Source: Candidatus Magasanikbacteria bacterium RIFCSPHIGHO2_01_FULL_33_34
GTDB taxonomy: Bacteria > Patescibacteriota > Patescibacteriia > Magasanikbacterales > UBA922
Reading direction: 5' to 3'
Assembly (NCBI GenBank): GCA_001782825.1
Contig: MFPS01000009.1
Coordinates: forward strand, 31,770 to 95,769
Length of the DNA: 64,000 nt
Shown here: one piece after another, positions 8,847 through 17,985 of the stretch
Layout: every line of letters begins with the position of its first letter
Numbering within the stretch: the first letter of the stretch is position 1
Translations under genes and position numbers: made by a program
The notes under the pieces: model-generated
Database searches by the model: none
Told to the model about the DNA's origin: nothing
Seen by the model: only the letters and a program-made list of their open reading frames with translations

Positions 8847-10478
8847 TTACAAACATTGATCCTTCTGTTTTAATGGGATTTTAAAGCCAAATTCTCCACC
8901 CTTACCAAGACCATCACTTTTTGCCCACACTTGTCCATTATGTTTTTCAACAAACTTCTTAGTCACATAAATTCCAAGTCCAGTACCGCCAACATTGGTA
9001 TTTTTAACATTTTTACCACGATAAAACTTTTGAAAAAAGTTTACTTCATCTGATTTATCAAAACCAATACCATTATCTTTAACTTTCACTTTTATATTAC
9101 TTCCAACAACTTCAGCTGATACATTGATTAAACCTCTTTCACTATACTTTATTGCATTATCAATAAAATTAAAAACTACATGACGAATTTTTTCATCATC
9201 CATACATACATCTAACTTTGTTTTGTCTGGCTTCCACACAATCTTTAGACCTTTGTCTTTTGCGCGTTGAGTCATTTCTTGGACTACACTTGTAATCAAT
9301 TCATTCATATCATGAATTTCAAAACTAAATTTAGTCCTATCTTGTTCAATTCTAGAAATATCCAAAAACTCATCAATCAATTTAACCAATCTTTCATTTG
9401 TTTCATCCATATCACCCAATATACTCTTTGTCTTCACAGTAATCTTCCCATATGCCCCATCTTGTATAAGCTCAATATATCCCTTGATAATAGATATAGG
9501 TGTACGAAGTTGATGAGAAGCAATAGAGAGAAATTCTGTCTTTTGACGATCTAATTCCTGTAGACGCAAATTGGCAGTCTCAAGTGATTTTGCAAGATGT
9601 AACAATTTTTCATTTTGTTGCACTTCTTTTCTAACACTTTGTATTAACAAAATACCAACACTTAAAATCAAAAGAAACAAAGAGCCTTTATAAAAAATAG
9701 TGACCAAATCATTAGAAGTTATCACTTCAAAAAGTACAGCTACAGATAAACCAATCACCAAAAATTCAGTAGAAACCACTTTTATATTCATCAACTTATG
9801 TCTTACAATCGCATAATATGTAAAAAATAAAAATGGTAAACTAAATGCCGCGCCAAATGTAACAAAATTAGAATTACCAAAAAAAGTAGGCAAAATTAAA
9901 CTAAAAATTAATATTAAAAAAATTGTTAAAAAAAATCCTATTAAAACAAAACTCAATGATCTGCGTTGTAATTTTGGTGATCTTAATATTTTCAGTATAA
10001 AAACAATTACACCTGACAAATTTAAACCAACCGCAGTCATTACAAACAAAAATATAAATGGTCCATTTATAACCCTAGATACCCTAACACCATTAAATTC
10101 CATTACTTCTTTAAAAATTAATGGTGTTAAAGTTAATATCGCAATAGTTATTACAAATGGTAACAAAAAAAATTTATAAAATTTAGGAATCATTTTTTTC
10201 TTTTCAGGGAAAACATAAAGTAAGTGAAAAGTAAAAAATGAATGCCAAACTGCCAAAAAAATTGTAGTTCTCAATAACCAAATCACTACATTCGGATCCA
10301 AAAATTTATAAGTTAAATAATTGAATCCATTATAAAGAATAGTAAAAATTGATAATAATAAAAATGCTTTGTTTGTAGTACTAGATTTATTATTAAAATA
10401 AATCAAAAAACCCAAAATAGCTATACCCGTTATAGCTAACCCTACGATAAATAAATCCGTATTTACAACCAAATTCAT
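8847..10478 (-). CDS. Sensor histidine kinase with N-terminal multi-TM (HisKA_7TM-like) input domain
   Basis: About 8-9 TM helices; H-box SIASHQLRTP; N-box NFIDNAIKY; G-boxes DNGIG and GTGLGIY. Confidence 0.92.
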   Translation of the reverse strand: MNLVVNTDLFIVGLAITGIAILGFLIYFNNKSSTTNKAFLLLSIFTILYNGFNYLTYKFLDPNVVIWLLRTTIFLAVWHSFFTFHLLYVFPEKKKMIPKFYKFFLLPFVITIAILTLTPLIFKEVMEFNGVRVSRVINGPFIFLFVMTAVGLNLSGVIVFILKILRSPKLQRRSLSFVLIGFFLTIFLILIFSLILPTFFGNSNFVTFGAAFSLPFLFFTYYAIVRHKLMNIKVVSTEFLVIGLSVAVLFEVITSNDLVTIFYKGSLFLLILSVGILLIQSVRKEVQQNEKLLHLAKSLETANLRLQELDRQKTEFLSIASHQLRTPISIIKGYIELIQDGAYGKITVKTKSILGDMDETNERLVKLIDEFLDISRIEQDRTKFSFEIHDMNELITSVVQEMTQRAKDKGLKIVWKPDKTKLDVCMDDEKIRHVVFNFIDNAIKYSERGLINVSAEVVGSNIKVKVKDNGIGFDKSDEVNFFQKFYRGKNVKNTNVGGTGLGIYVTKKFVEKHNGQVWAKSDGLGKGGEFGFKIPLKQKDQCL

Positions 10479-10529
10479 AGAAATATAATTCTATTTTATT
10501 ATACCATTTTTAATTATTTATAAAAAGAA

Positions 10530-11588
10530 TTAATTAAAAATAATTTCTGGTTTCATACGTGAAGATAAAGCTGTCGGTTCTCCGCCATCACCAACCCTCA
10601 AAGTCATTGCTACATTCTTATTATCTGAAATTTTATAAATATTTTCTAAAATATGATATGAATCATTAATTAAATTGATATGCTCAAAAGAAAAAGATTT
10701 TAAATCATTATTTTTAACACGATCATGCAGATAAGGCAAAGCTGCCAAAGGATGAGCGCTTAAGCCCCATTTAGTAATAGTTAACCACAATTTTTGGACC
10801 AACATACCTGCTTTAACATAATTAGAATCTTTATCATCAACCAAAATAGATAAATAAAATGTACCCGTAGCATAAATTTTTGCATTTTCTTTTGCAATAA
10901 ATTTTGTCATACCCAAAATTTTAAATAATTGAGCTATGCGCCAAGTCTTTAAAAGTTTAAAAATAGCTAATTGGGGTGTTTCCAATTCCATAGTCTTGAC
11001 ATAAAGACCAGTTTTATTCTCTTTTTCTTGTGTTTCTGTCCAACAAATATTATCAAAAATTAAATCATGTAAAATCTTATTTTCTAACATTATCCTATCA
11101 TTATTACTAAAAACTTTTGATAATTTTTCTTTGTTTTCTTTGGATTCCACAAATAAAAGTGAAATACCTTCAAACTCATTCGCTATATTTTTTAATTCTT
11201 CCTTTTGTGCGATAGTAATAGTAATATCTTTATATTTTTTTCTATTAGTCGCTCTTTTTTTAATAAAATCACACAAATGACTTACTTTCTTTTCAGATTC
11301 TTTTAATGAAATTTTTGCTACTAAATTAGTATCACTACTAGATGGGAATAAATCAATACTAGCTTCATAACCACTAGATTCAGATAACAAAATAATATTT
11401 TGCAACACTGCGCCATGAGCAAAATAAGAACCTCTTTGTCTATAATTATAAATATAATTATCCCTATCTGGAATATTATATTGATATATAATATTTTCTT
11501 TTACCTCAAAACGCCACGGTTGCGAATTTTCACCAGATGGAGCATACACAGCCATTTCTAAAATATCTTTAATCAATTTATTATCCAT
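10530..11588 (-). CDS. Nitroreductase-fold (Acg-like) FMN-binding protein
   Basis: APSGENSQPWRF, RATNRKKY, AGMLVQKLWLTITKWGLSAHP, LRVG..P...SSR. Confidence 0.82.
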   Translation of the reverse strand: MDNKLIKDILEMAVYAPSGENSQPWRFEVKENIIYQYNIPDRDNYIYNYRQRGSYFAHGAVLQNIILLSESSGYEASIDLFPSSSDTNLVAKISLKESEKKVSHLCDFIKKRATNRKKYKDITITIAQKEELKNIANEFEGISLLFVESKENKEKLSKVFSNNDRIMLENKILHDLIFDNICWTETQEKENKTGLYVKTMELETPQLAIFKLLKTWRIAQLFKILGMTKFIAKENAKIYATGTFYLSILVDDKDSNYVKAGMLVQKLWLTITKWGLSAHPLAALPYLHDRVKNNDLKSFSFEHINLINDSYHILENIYKISDNKNVAMTLRVGDGGEPTALSSRMKPEIIFN

Positions 11589-11594
11589 AATATT

Positions 11595-13058
11595 TTAATT
11601 TTTTTCTTTTATTATATATTTATGTTTTGCCTTCAAATTTTTAAACTCTTCTGAGCCTTTTTCATAAATAATCAATTCTGGAAACACTCTTTTTCCCACA
11701 ATATGACGCAATTTTTTATATTCCATATTTATATCTTTCAAATATTTACTAAAAAGCTGTTGTATTTCTGATAAGTCAACATCAATTTTTTTACCTGAAG
11801 ACTCCAAATGAATTTCTAAAGCTTGGTGATTTTCTCCAAACACAGTTTTCATAAAAAATTTTCCACTAAAATATTGTATAATTTCATTATGTGTGAGTAC
11901 CTCTCTAATATGTTCTGGATATATATTCACTCCATACAATGTTGCGCTATAATTACTCCTACCAAACACAAGCAATACTGGCAAATGCCAATCATCAGTT
12001 TTTAATAAATCAAAATCACTATATTCTTGATCAATCTTCTCCGGAGACATGACCATACCAACATCATGTGTATTATATCTTACCAAAGGTACACCAGAGT
12101 CTGATGTGCAAACTAATTCATTCTTATAACTCTCAAAATATTTATTCCATGTGTGATATTGATAAATTCCTGGTACATGACTATTTTCAATTCCAAGCTT
12201 GCGTCTATCCAAATCCTTCAATTCAATTAATTGACGCAATCTAATTGTAAATGGAGTCTCATGCCCCATAAAACCCAAGTCTGTTGAACCATAAACATTA
12301 AAACCATTATTCTCAACATCATCAATACCTACTTTTTTATATAGCTTATTTCTCCATTTTTCAGGGAATGATTCTGCCGAAAACATAAATTTGATATTAT
12401 GCTCTTTCCAATTTATACTTTCAGATTCTTCATCACAAATAATATCCATCAAAGAAGGTGGATAACCAATCAAAATAGTCTGTTTATGATACTTTGATAA
12501 TTTTTTTATACTATTTAAAATATCTTTTTTATTCAAACCAGCAGTCACCAGACTACCTGACATACCAGTATCCATCAAATCCCTAATTGCATTTGAAGTA
12601 ATAATACCAGCCACATGCGCCCCCAAATAAAAACACACAATAAATAAAGTATCTTTTTCGTATGAAGAATAAAATTTCTTAAAAAAAAGTTTATGTAAAA
12701 GTGCTGTCCTTTTGTCATTAATAGTAAACCGAGGCCAAAAAACTGGTTCACCTGTAGTGCCAGAACTCTGAGATATAATCCCGCCTTTAGTCAATTTACC
12801 ATCCCAACACACTTCATTTAAACTATACTGTAAAATATAGTTTTTCTTATTTAGTAAAGGTAAATTTTTAAAATCACTAATTTTCTTTATTTTATCAGAA
12901 TTAATCTTATTTTTTTTTAGAAAATCTTTATACGCAGGCACTCTTCTAGATGCTTGTCTGAATAAATCTAATGCTCTAGTCTCTGCTAAAGATTGCCAAA
13001 AATAAAAATCTTTAGTTTTTAATTTCTTTTCTAAATAATTATAAGAAAACTCTTGCAT
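11595..13058 (-). CDS. Phenylacetate-CoA ligase-like ANL adenylation enzyme
   Basis: VPAYKDFL, P-loop SSGTTGEP, GYPP, YGSTD, PLVRYNTHDVG, FGRS, GVNIYPE. Confidence 0.88.
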   Translation of the reverse strand: MQEFSYNYLEKKLKTKDFYFWQSLAETRALDLFRQASRRVPAYKDFLKKNKINSDKIKKISDFKNLPLLNKKNYILQYSLNEVCWDGKLTKGGIISQSSGTTGEPVFWPRFTINDKRTALLHKLFFKKFYSSYEKDTLFIVCFYLGAHVAGIITSNAIRDLMDTGMSGSLVTAGLNKKDILNSIKKLSKYHKQTILIGYPPSLMDIICDEESESINWKEHNIKFMFSAESFPEKWRNKLYKKVGIDDVENNGFNVYGSTDLGFMGHETPFTIRLRQLIELKDLDRRKLGIENSHVPGIYQYHTWNKYFESYKNELVCTSDSGVPLVRYNTHDVGMVMSPEKIDQEYSDFDLLKTDDWHLPVLLVFGRSNYSATLYGVNIYPEHIREVLTHNEIIQYFSGKFFMKTVFGENHQALEIHLESSGKKIDVDLSEIQQLFSKYLKDINMEYKKLRHIVGKRVFPELIIYEKGSEEFKNLKAKHKYIIKEKN

Positions 13059-13066
13059 AATGAATA

Positions 13067-14671
13067 TTATTCTAAATCAGATATCTTTTTTTTGATTACA
13101 CTAACCAATTTTCCTTGATGAATAAAGTCTTTGATTTTTTCAAAATCATTACTCATCACTCTATCCTTATTATGACTTGAAACTAATTTTCTGACTTCTT
13201 TGTGCGCTAATGTCAAAATATTTCCTAACTTTTCAACCCCTCTTTCCTCTACTCCTTGACAGGCTGCTAACAACTCTACCGCCAAAACATATTCAATCTT
13301 TTCTTTTATATCCCTTGCTTTACGAGCAGCAATCAACCCCATGCTAACAACATCTTGATTTTCCCCATTGGATGGAATAGATTGAATTGAAACTGGATTA
13401 CACAAAGTTCTACATTCTGCCACTAATGATGTCGGAATATATTGAGAACCTTCAAACCCGCATGATAAACCTGCTTTTTTACCAGCCAAAAATGGAGTTA
13501 AACCTCTACTTCTAACACTATCCAAAAGTTTATTTAATCTACGTTCTGATAATACGGCTATCTCTGTTAAAGATATTGATAAGACATCCAAAGGTAAGGC
13601 TACTGTCTGTCCATGAAAATTTGCCCCTTGATAAGATATACCCAAGTCTGTAAAAAATAATGGATTATCGTTGGCAGAATTCATTTCTATCAATAAACTA
13701 TTTGTTATATAATCCAAAGCCCCACGCACAGCCCCAAGCACTTGTGGAGTTGCCCGCAAAGAATAAACATCTTGCACATGAATTCCTGAATCAACAACTT
13801 CTTTACCATTTTTTATTTTATCTTGTAAATCATTTTGAATTTTTTTCAACTTATCATTATTTATAACCAATTCACAATCTGCCAATAATTTTCTTAGATT
13901 ACTGGCTACAGAAATTTGTCCTGGATGAGCTTTCATCTCATGTCCTCTTGCTATAAATGGCTCCATAGAGGCATTTAGCGCGCCCATAGATATTGCTGAT
14001 ATTATTTCAGCAGATCGTACCAAATTCCAGGCATCATATAATTGAATTGCACCGACACCTGTCATCATCGTTGTCCCATTTATTAAAGCCAAGCCTTCTT
14101 TAGCTTTAAACTTTACTGGTATTACCCCTTCCTTTTTAAAAGCAAAAGCCGTCTTAACTTTTTTACCTTTATAAATAACTTCACCTTCACCCATCAATGC
14201 TAAAGCTATATGAGATGATGGTGTCAAATCACCACTTGCTCCGACAGATCCCCATTGAGGTACACATGGATGAATTCTTTTATTCAACATTTCTTTTAAA
14301 GTATTCACGGTTCCTATTCTTATAGCAGAACAACCCTTGGCAAATACATTCAACCTAAGCAACATCGCTGCTCTTACCTCTTCCTCAGAAAACAATGGGC
14401 CAACATTTGCAGAATGACTTCTTATCAAATTTTCTTGTAAATCAGTCTGATGTTTGCTTGGTATCAAAACTGAAACAAAAGGTCCAAAACCAGTCGTAAC
14501 TCCATAAACTACTTTTTCATCATTTACCCAATCTTCTAACATCTGTCTAGATTCTTTCATTTTTTTCTGACTTTCTTTTGAAAAATAAACTACTACCCCT
14601 TCTCTAACAACTTTTATAAAATTATCTAAACTCAAACTATCTCCATCTAATTTTATTTTATTATCACTCAT
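13067..14671 (-). CDS. MIO-dependent aromatic amino acid ammonia-lyase/aminomutase (tyrosine 2,3-aminomutase-like)
   Basis: YGVTTGFG, MIO-forming GASGDL, KEGLALING, YSLR, DNP, NFHG, SNGENQDVVSMG. Confidence 0.9.
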   Translation of the reverse strand: MSDNKIKLDGDSLSLDNFIKVVREGVVVYFSKESQKKMKESRQMLEDWVNDEKVVYGVTTGFGPFVSVLIPSKHQTDLQENLIRSHSANVGPLFSEEEVRAAMLLRLNVFAKGCSAIRIGTVNTLKEMLNKRIHPCVPQWGSVGASGDLTPSSHIALALMGEGEVIYKGKKVKTAFAFKKEGVIPVKFKAKEGLALINGTTMMTGVGAIQLYDAWNLVRSAEIISAISMGALNASMEPFIARGHEMKAHPGQISVASNLRKLLADCELVINNDKLKKIQNDLQDKIKNGKEVVDSGIHVQDVYSLRATPQVLGAVRGALDYITNSLLIEMNSANDNPLFFTDLGISYQGANFHGQTVALPLDVLSISLTEIAVLSERRLNKLLDSVRSRGLTPFLAGKKAGLSCGFEGSQYIPTSLVAECRTLCNPVSIQSIPSNGENQDVVSMGLIAARKARDIKEKIEYVLAVELLAACQGVEERGVEKLGNILTLAHKEVRKLVSSHNKDRVMSNDFEKIKDFIHQGKLVSVIKKKISDLE

Positions 14672-14673
14672 AT

Positions 14674-15786
14674 TTAATTTTTAAAATAATTTAAAAGTTC
14701 TTGCCTTAATTCTTTATCATCATCTCCATAAATAGAAAAAATATCTGTCAAAGAAATTAAATAACGGCCACTGGATAATTTCTTTTCATTTAATATCTGT
14801 CTTACAATATACGCGCCAACTACTCCTGCTAATACTGCTGTACCCCCAACCTGAGGCCATGAATAAATATCCTTACCAACTCTTGAAACAGAATCCAACA
14901 TATTTGTATCCACATCATCTACTCCTATGAAATTAGTTACTACTTTAGCTATATCTTGTATTTTCAAATTATTTTTTTCTTTTGGTATCTTTTCCATCCT
15001 TTTATAAAAATCATTAATTTCATAATCTTCATCATATCTTTCAATATCAACAATTATTCCATCCCCATTATCCGTTATGCTAAATAATGGTATTTTATGT
15101 TTGGAAGCATACTCTCTCAAGACTATTTTTGCCGGCAAATCATCAACCTCCTCTACAATCAATTTAACCACTTCACCATCATTATGGATGAAATCATCAA
15201 CATTTTTATTATTCACTCCATTATCAAATTCTACAATATTTAAATATGGATCCATTTCATACAATTTCTCAGCCAAAGCTTGAGTCTTTTTCTTGCCAAT
15301 AGAATCAATGCCATTTATTATTCTATTTAAATTAGACAACCCTATTACATCCGCATCCGCTATATTTATTTTTTTAGGACCACCCTGTAAAACACAGATT
15401 CTTGCAATATTACTCCCAACACTTAACCCCGCAATAGCAATTGATGCATCTCTAAAATTACCTTGTTCTTTTTTGGTGATTAAATCCCTATTTCTTGCTG
15501 TACGAACTTCAAAAAATAAATCTTCTGATAAACACACTACACATAAATTCTTCCACGGTAAATAACAATAAATTTTTTCTTTACTGTATTTTGCTTTATA
15601 TTCTTTTTTTTTGCTCATCATTTCATCTATATTATCTCTTATACTTGGATTCCTTGCCTCACACAACTCATCTACTTGCAAATCAAAAAAATCTATAAAA
15701 TTAACATTATTATTTTTCAATTCTTCTAACTTTTTTTCATCCTTATAACTAATACACTCCAATCTATCTATCATACAAAGTATCAA
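14674..15786 (-). CDS. ThiF/E1-like adenylyltransferase (Rv1355c/MoeY-like)
   Basis: YLPWKN..RTARNRDLITKKEQ, IAIAGLSVGS, DADVIGLSNLNR, EEVDD, DIERYD, SWPQVG. Confidence 0.85.
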   Translation of the reverse strand: MILCMIDRLECISYKDEKKLEELKNNNVNFIDFFDLQVDELCEARNPSIRDNIDEMMSKKKEYKAKYSKEKIYCYLPWKNLCVVCLSEDLFFEVRTARNRDLITKKEQGNFRDASIAIAGLSVGSNIARICVLQGGPKKINIADADVIGLSNLNRIINGIDSIGKKKTQALAEKLYEMDPYLNIVEFDNGVNNKNVDDFIHNDGEVVKLIVEEVDDLPAKIVLREYASKHKIPLFSITDNGDGIIVDIERYDEDYEINDFYKRMEKIPKEKNNLKIQDIAKVVTNFIGVDDVDTNMLDSVSRVGKDIYSWPQVGGTAVLAGVVGAYIVRQILNEKKLSSGRYLISLTDIFSIYGDDDKELRQELLNYFKN

Positions 15787-16265
15787 AAACTAATTTTAAA
15801 TTTTTTTCTATTATAAATAAAATAAACACTATTGGTTATAAATATCATTGTAGAAAATAAAGCTGACAACATACAATAAAAACACAAATTCTCTATTACA
15901 AAGAATTGAAGATAAACCAAGCGTACAGAAAATAAAAATCCAAATATACTCATCGCATAGAGAATATTAAAATATTTTTTATTAACACCTGTTGAATATA
16001 TTAAAATAAATACAAACAATGAAAAATAATAACCAAAACCCAAAATAGAAAGTGGCAAACCAAATAACTTGGAATACTCACTGGTCAAAACATTACTACA
16101 ACTATTTACTTCATAAATATTACAAACAACTGAGCTACCAGACAATTGCTTTAGAGATAAATATGTAGTATCAATAAGACCAGCAAAAACAAATAACAAA
16201 ATAGCTATAATCCACCATAGTGGTATTACTTCTTTTTTTTGAAATATTTTTTTTAAAAATTCCAT
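15783..16265 (-). CDS. Vitamin K epoxide reductase (VKOR) family protein
   Basis: C-x6-C..VLTSEYSKLFGLPLS loop cysteines and CFYC redox motif; ATGA overlap with the ThiF gene. Confidence 0.9.
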   Translation of the reverse strand: MEFLKKIFQKKEVIPLWWIIAILLFVFAGLIDTTYLSLKQLSGSSVVCNIYEVNSCSNVLTSEYSKLFGLPLSILGFGYYFSLFVFILIYSTGVNKKYFNILYAMSIFGFLFSVRLVYLQFFVIENLCFYCMLSALFSTMIFITNSVYFIYNRKKFKISF

Positions 16266-16268
16266 AAA

Positions 16269-17984
16269 TTACATTTCTTTAACTGTACTTATACCCAAAA
16301 GATATAGGCCTTTGGTCATAACAATATGCACTGATTTTATTATCTCAATTCTAAACTTTTTATCCTCATTCTCTGCCTTTAGTATAGGCAATTCATGATA
16401 AAAATTATTAAATAATTGCGCAACTGAAAATAAATACTGAGCAATTTTTGATGGATCGTGATTATCACAAGCTATTTTTATTATATCATTAAACTCAGCT
16501 AATTTCATTAATAATTGCTTTTCAATACTATCAATATTTTTTGGCAACACATTTTTTTTCTTGAATAATTTTTTAAAAAAGTTTCTACTTCCTGCTTTAT
16601 CCAAAATACGATTGATCCTAGCCACAATATACATAAGATATGGCCCACTATCTCCTGACAAACTGACAGACTCTTCCAAATCAAAAACTATATCGTTGTG
16701 TACTCCAGTCTTGAGAAATGAATATTTGAGCGCGCCCAATGATACTTTTTCTGAAATGAATTCTTTATTTTTAATATCACTTTCCTCCATTATTCCCAAT
16801 ATTTTTTTATTGATATCATTTATCAGATCTTCTGCCAAAACTACTTGCCCACTCCTAGAGCTCATCTTTCCACTCTTTAAACTCACCCAACCAAAAGCCA
16901 AATGACTTTCTTTGCCACGAGAATTGGGTAAAGTTCGCTCTAATACTTGAAAAATAACTCTTAAATATTCTGTTTGTTCACGAGCAATAACATGAATAAT
17001 TTTATCTGGATTAAATTCCTTAAATTGTAGCTCTGCCAAAGCCAAATCTTTAGCTTCATAAGTTGGCAAACCCATACTACTTAGAAAAACCCTATCATGA
17101 AGACCTTGGGTACTACCTCTGTAAATTATCGCCCCTTCACTCTCTGCAAACAAATGTTCAATCAAGAAATTTTTTACTATGCCAATAGCTCTCTCAAAAA
17201 CTTCTGACTCAAAAAATAACCGATCAAAATGTGTATCCAATTTAATATAAATTTTATCAAAATATTCCAAACTCCAAGCTCTAGTCTCCCCATATATTTC
17301 TTTTATACTTTTATCTTGCTTATAGATTTTAGCATTGATATCTACTATTTCTGCTTTGGATTTTTCATCACTTTCAAATGCCTTGGCGCCATCAGCATAA
17401 GCCATTCCTAAAAACTGGACTTTTTCCTCAACAGACGAATGTTTGAGACTATCATATTTTTCCTTATTTCTAATAATTGCCCAAATAGCTTTGGCAATAT
17501 GCATCCCTACATCTCCTTGATAATTTACTCTCACAACATTATAACCACACATTTCCATTATACGCGACAAACTCTCACCCGTTATAGTTCCACGCAAATG
17601 CCCAATATGAAATGCTTTGTGTGTATTTGGTTGAGCATATTCTATCAAAACTTTTTTATTTTTTTTCTCTTGTTTTCCATAATCTGGTGTAATTGAGCCT
17701 AATATTTTTTCTGCAAGCAAACTACTATTTAAATAAAAATTAACATAAGGTCCAACAGCTTCTACTTTATCCAAAATATCAATCTCAGCTATTTCCTTCT
17801 GTAAATCTTCTACCAAAATTTTAGCAGATTCGGCTGGATTCAAATTCAATTTCTTGGCATAATTGAAACAAGCAAACGCAAACTCACCCATCTCTGGTTT
17901 GGGCGGTGTAACCAATTCAATACTACCAGTTACCCCAGCAGAATAAAGCGCTTTGATTAATTGTTGTTTCAGAGAACTCAACAT
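16269..17984 (-). CDS. argS: Arginine-tRNA ligase
   Basis: PNTHKAFHIGH (HIGH), KMSSRSG, GDSGPYLMY, FNNFYHELPIL, C-terminal KEM. Confidence 0.96.
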   Translation of the reverse strand: MLSSLKQQLIKALYSAGVTGSIELVTPPKPEMGEFAFACFNYAKKLNLNPAESAKILVEDLQKEIAEIDILDKVEAVGPYVNFYLNSSLLAEKILGSITPDYGKQEKKNKKVLIEYAQPNTHKAFHIGHLRGTITGESLSRIMEMCGYNVVRVNYQGDVGMHIAKAIWAIIRNKEKYDSLKHSSVEEKVQFLGMAYADGAKAFESDEKSKAEIVDINAKIYKQDKSIKEIYGETRAWSLEYFDKIYIKLDTHFDRLFFESEVFERAIGIVKNFLIEHLFAESEGAIIYRGSTQGLHDRVFLSSMGLPTYEAKDLALAELQFKEFNPDKIIHVIAREQTEYLRVIFQVLERTLPNSRGKESHLAFGWVSLKSGKMSSRSGQVVLAEDLINDINKKILGIMEESDIKNKEFISEKVSLGALKYSFLKTGVHNDIVFDLEESVSLSGDSGPYLMYIVARINRILDKAGSRNFFKKLFKKKNVLPKNIDSIEKQLLMKLAEFNDIIKIACDNHDPSKIAQYLFSVAQLFNNFYHELPILKAENEDKKFRIEIIKSVHIVMTKGLYLLGISTVKEM

Positions 17985-17985
17985 A

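Noticed and set aside
13067-14671. hutH / histidine utilisation
   Set aside because: It has an NQD rather than a QED motif and no hutU/I/G nearby, so the gene symbol was withheld
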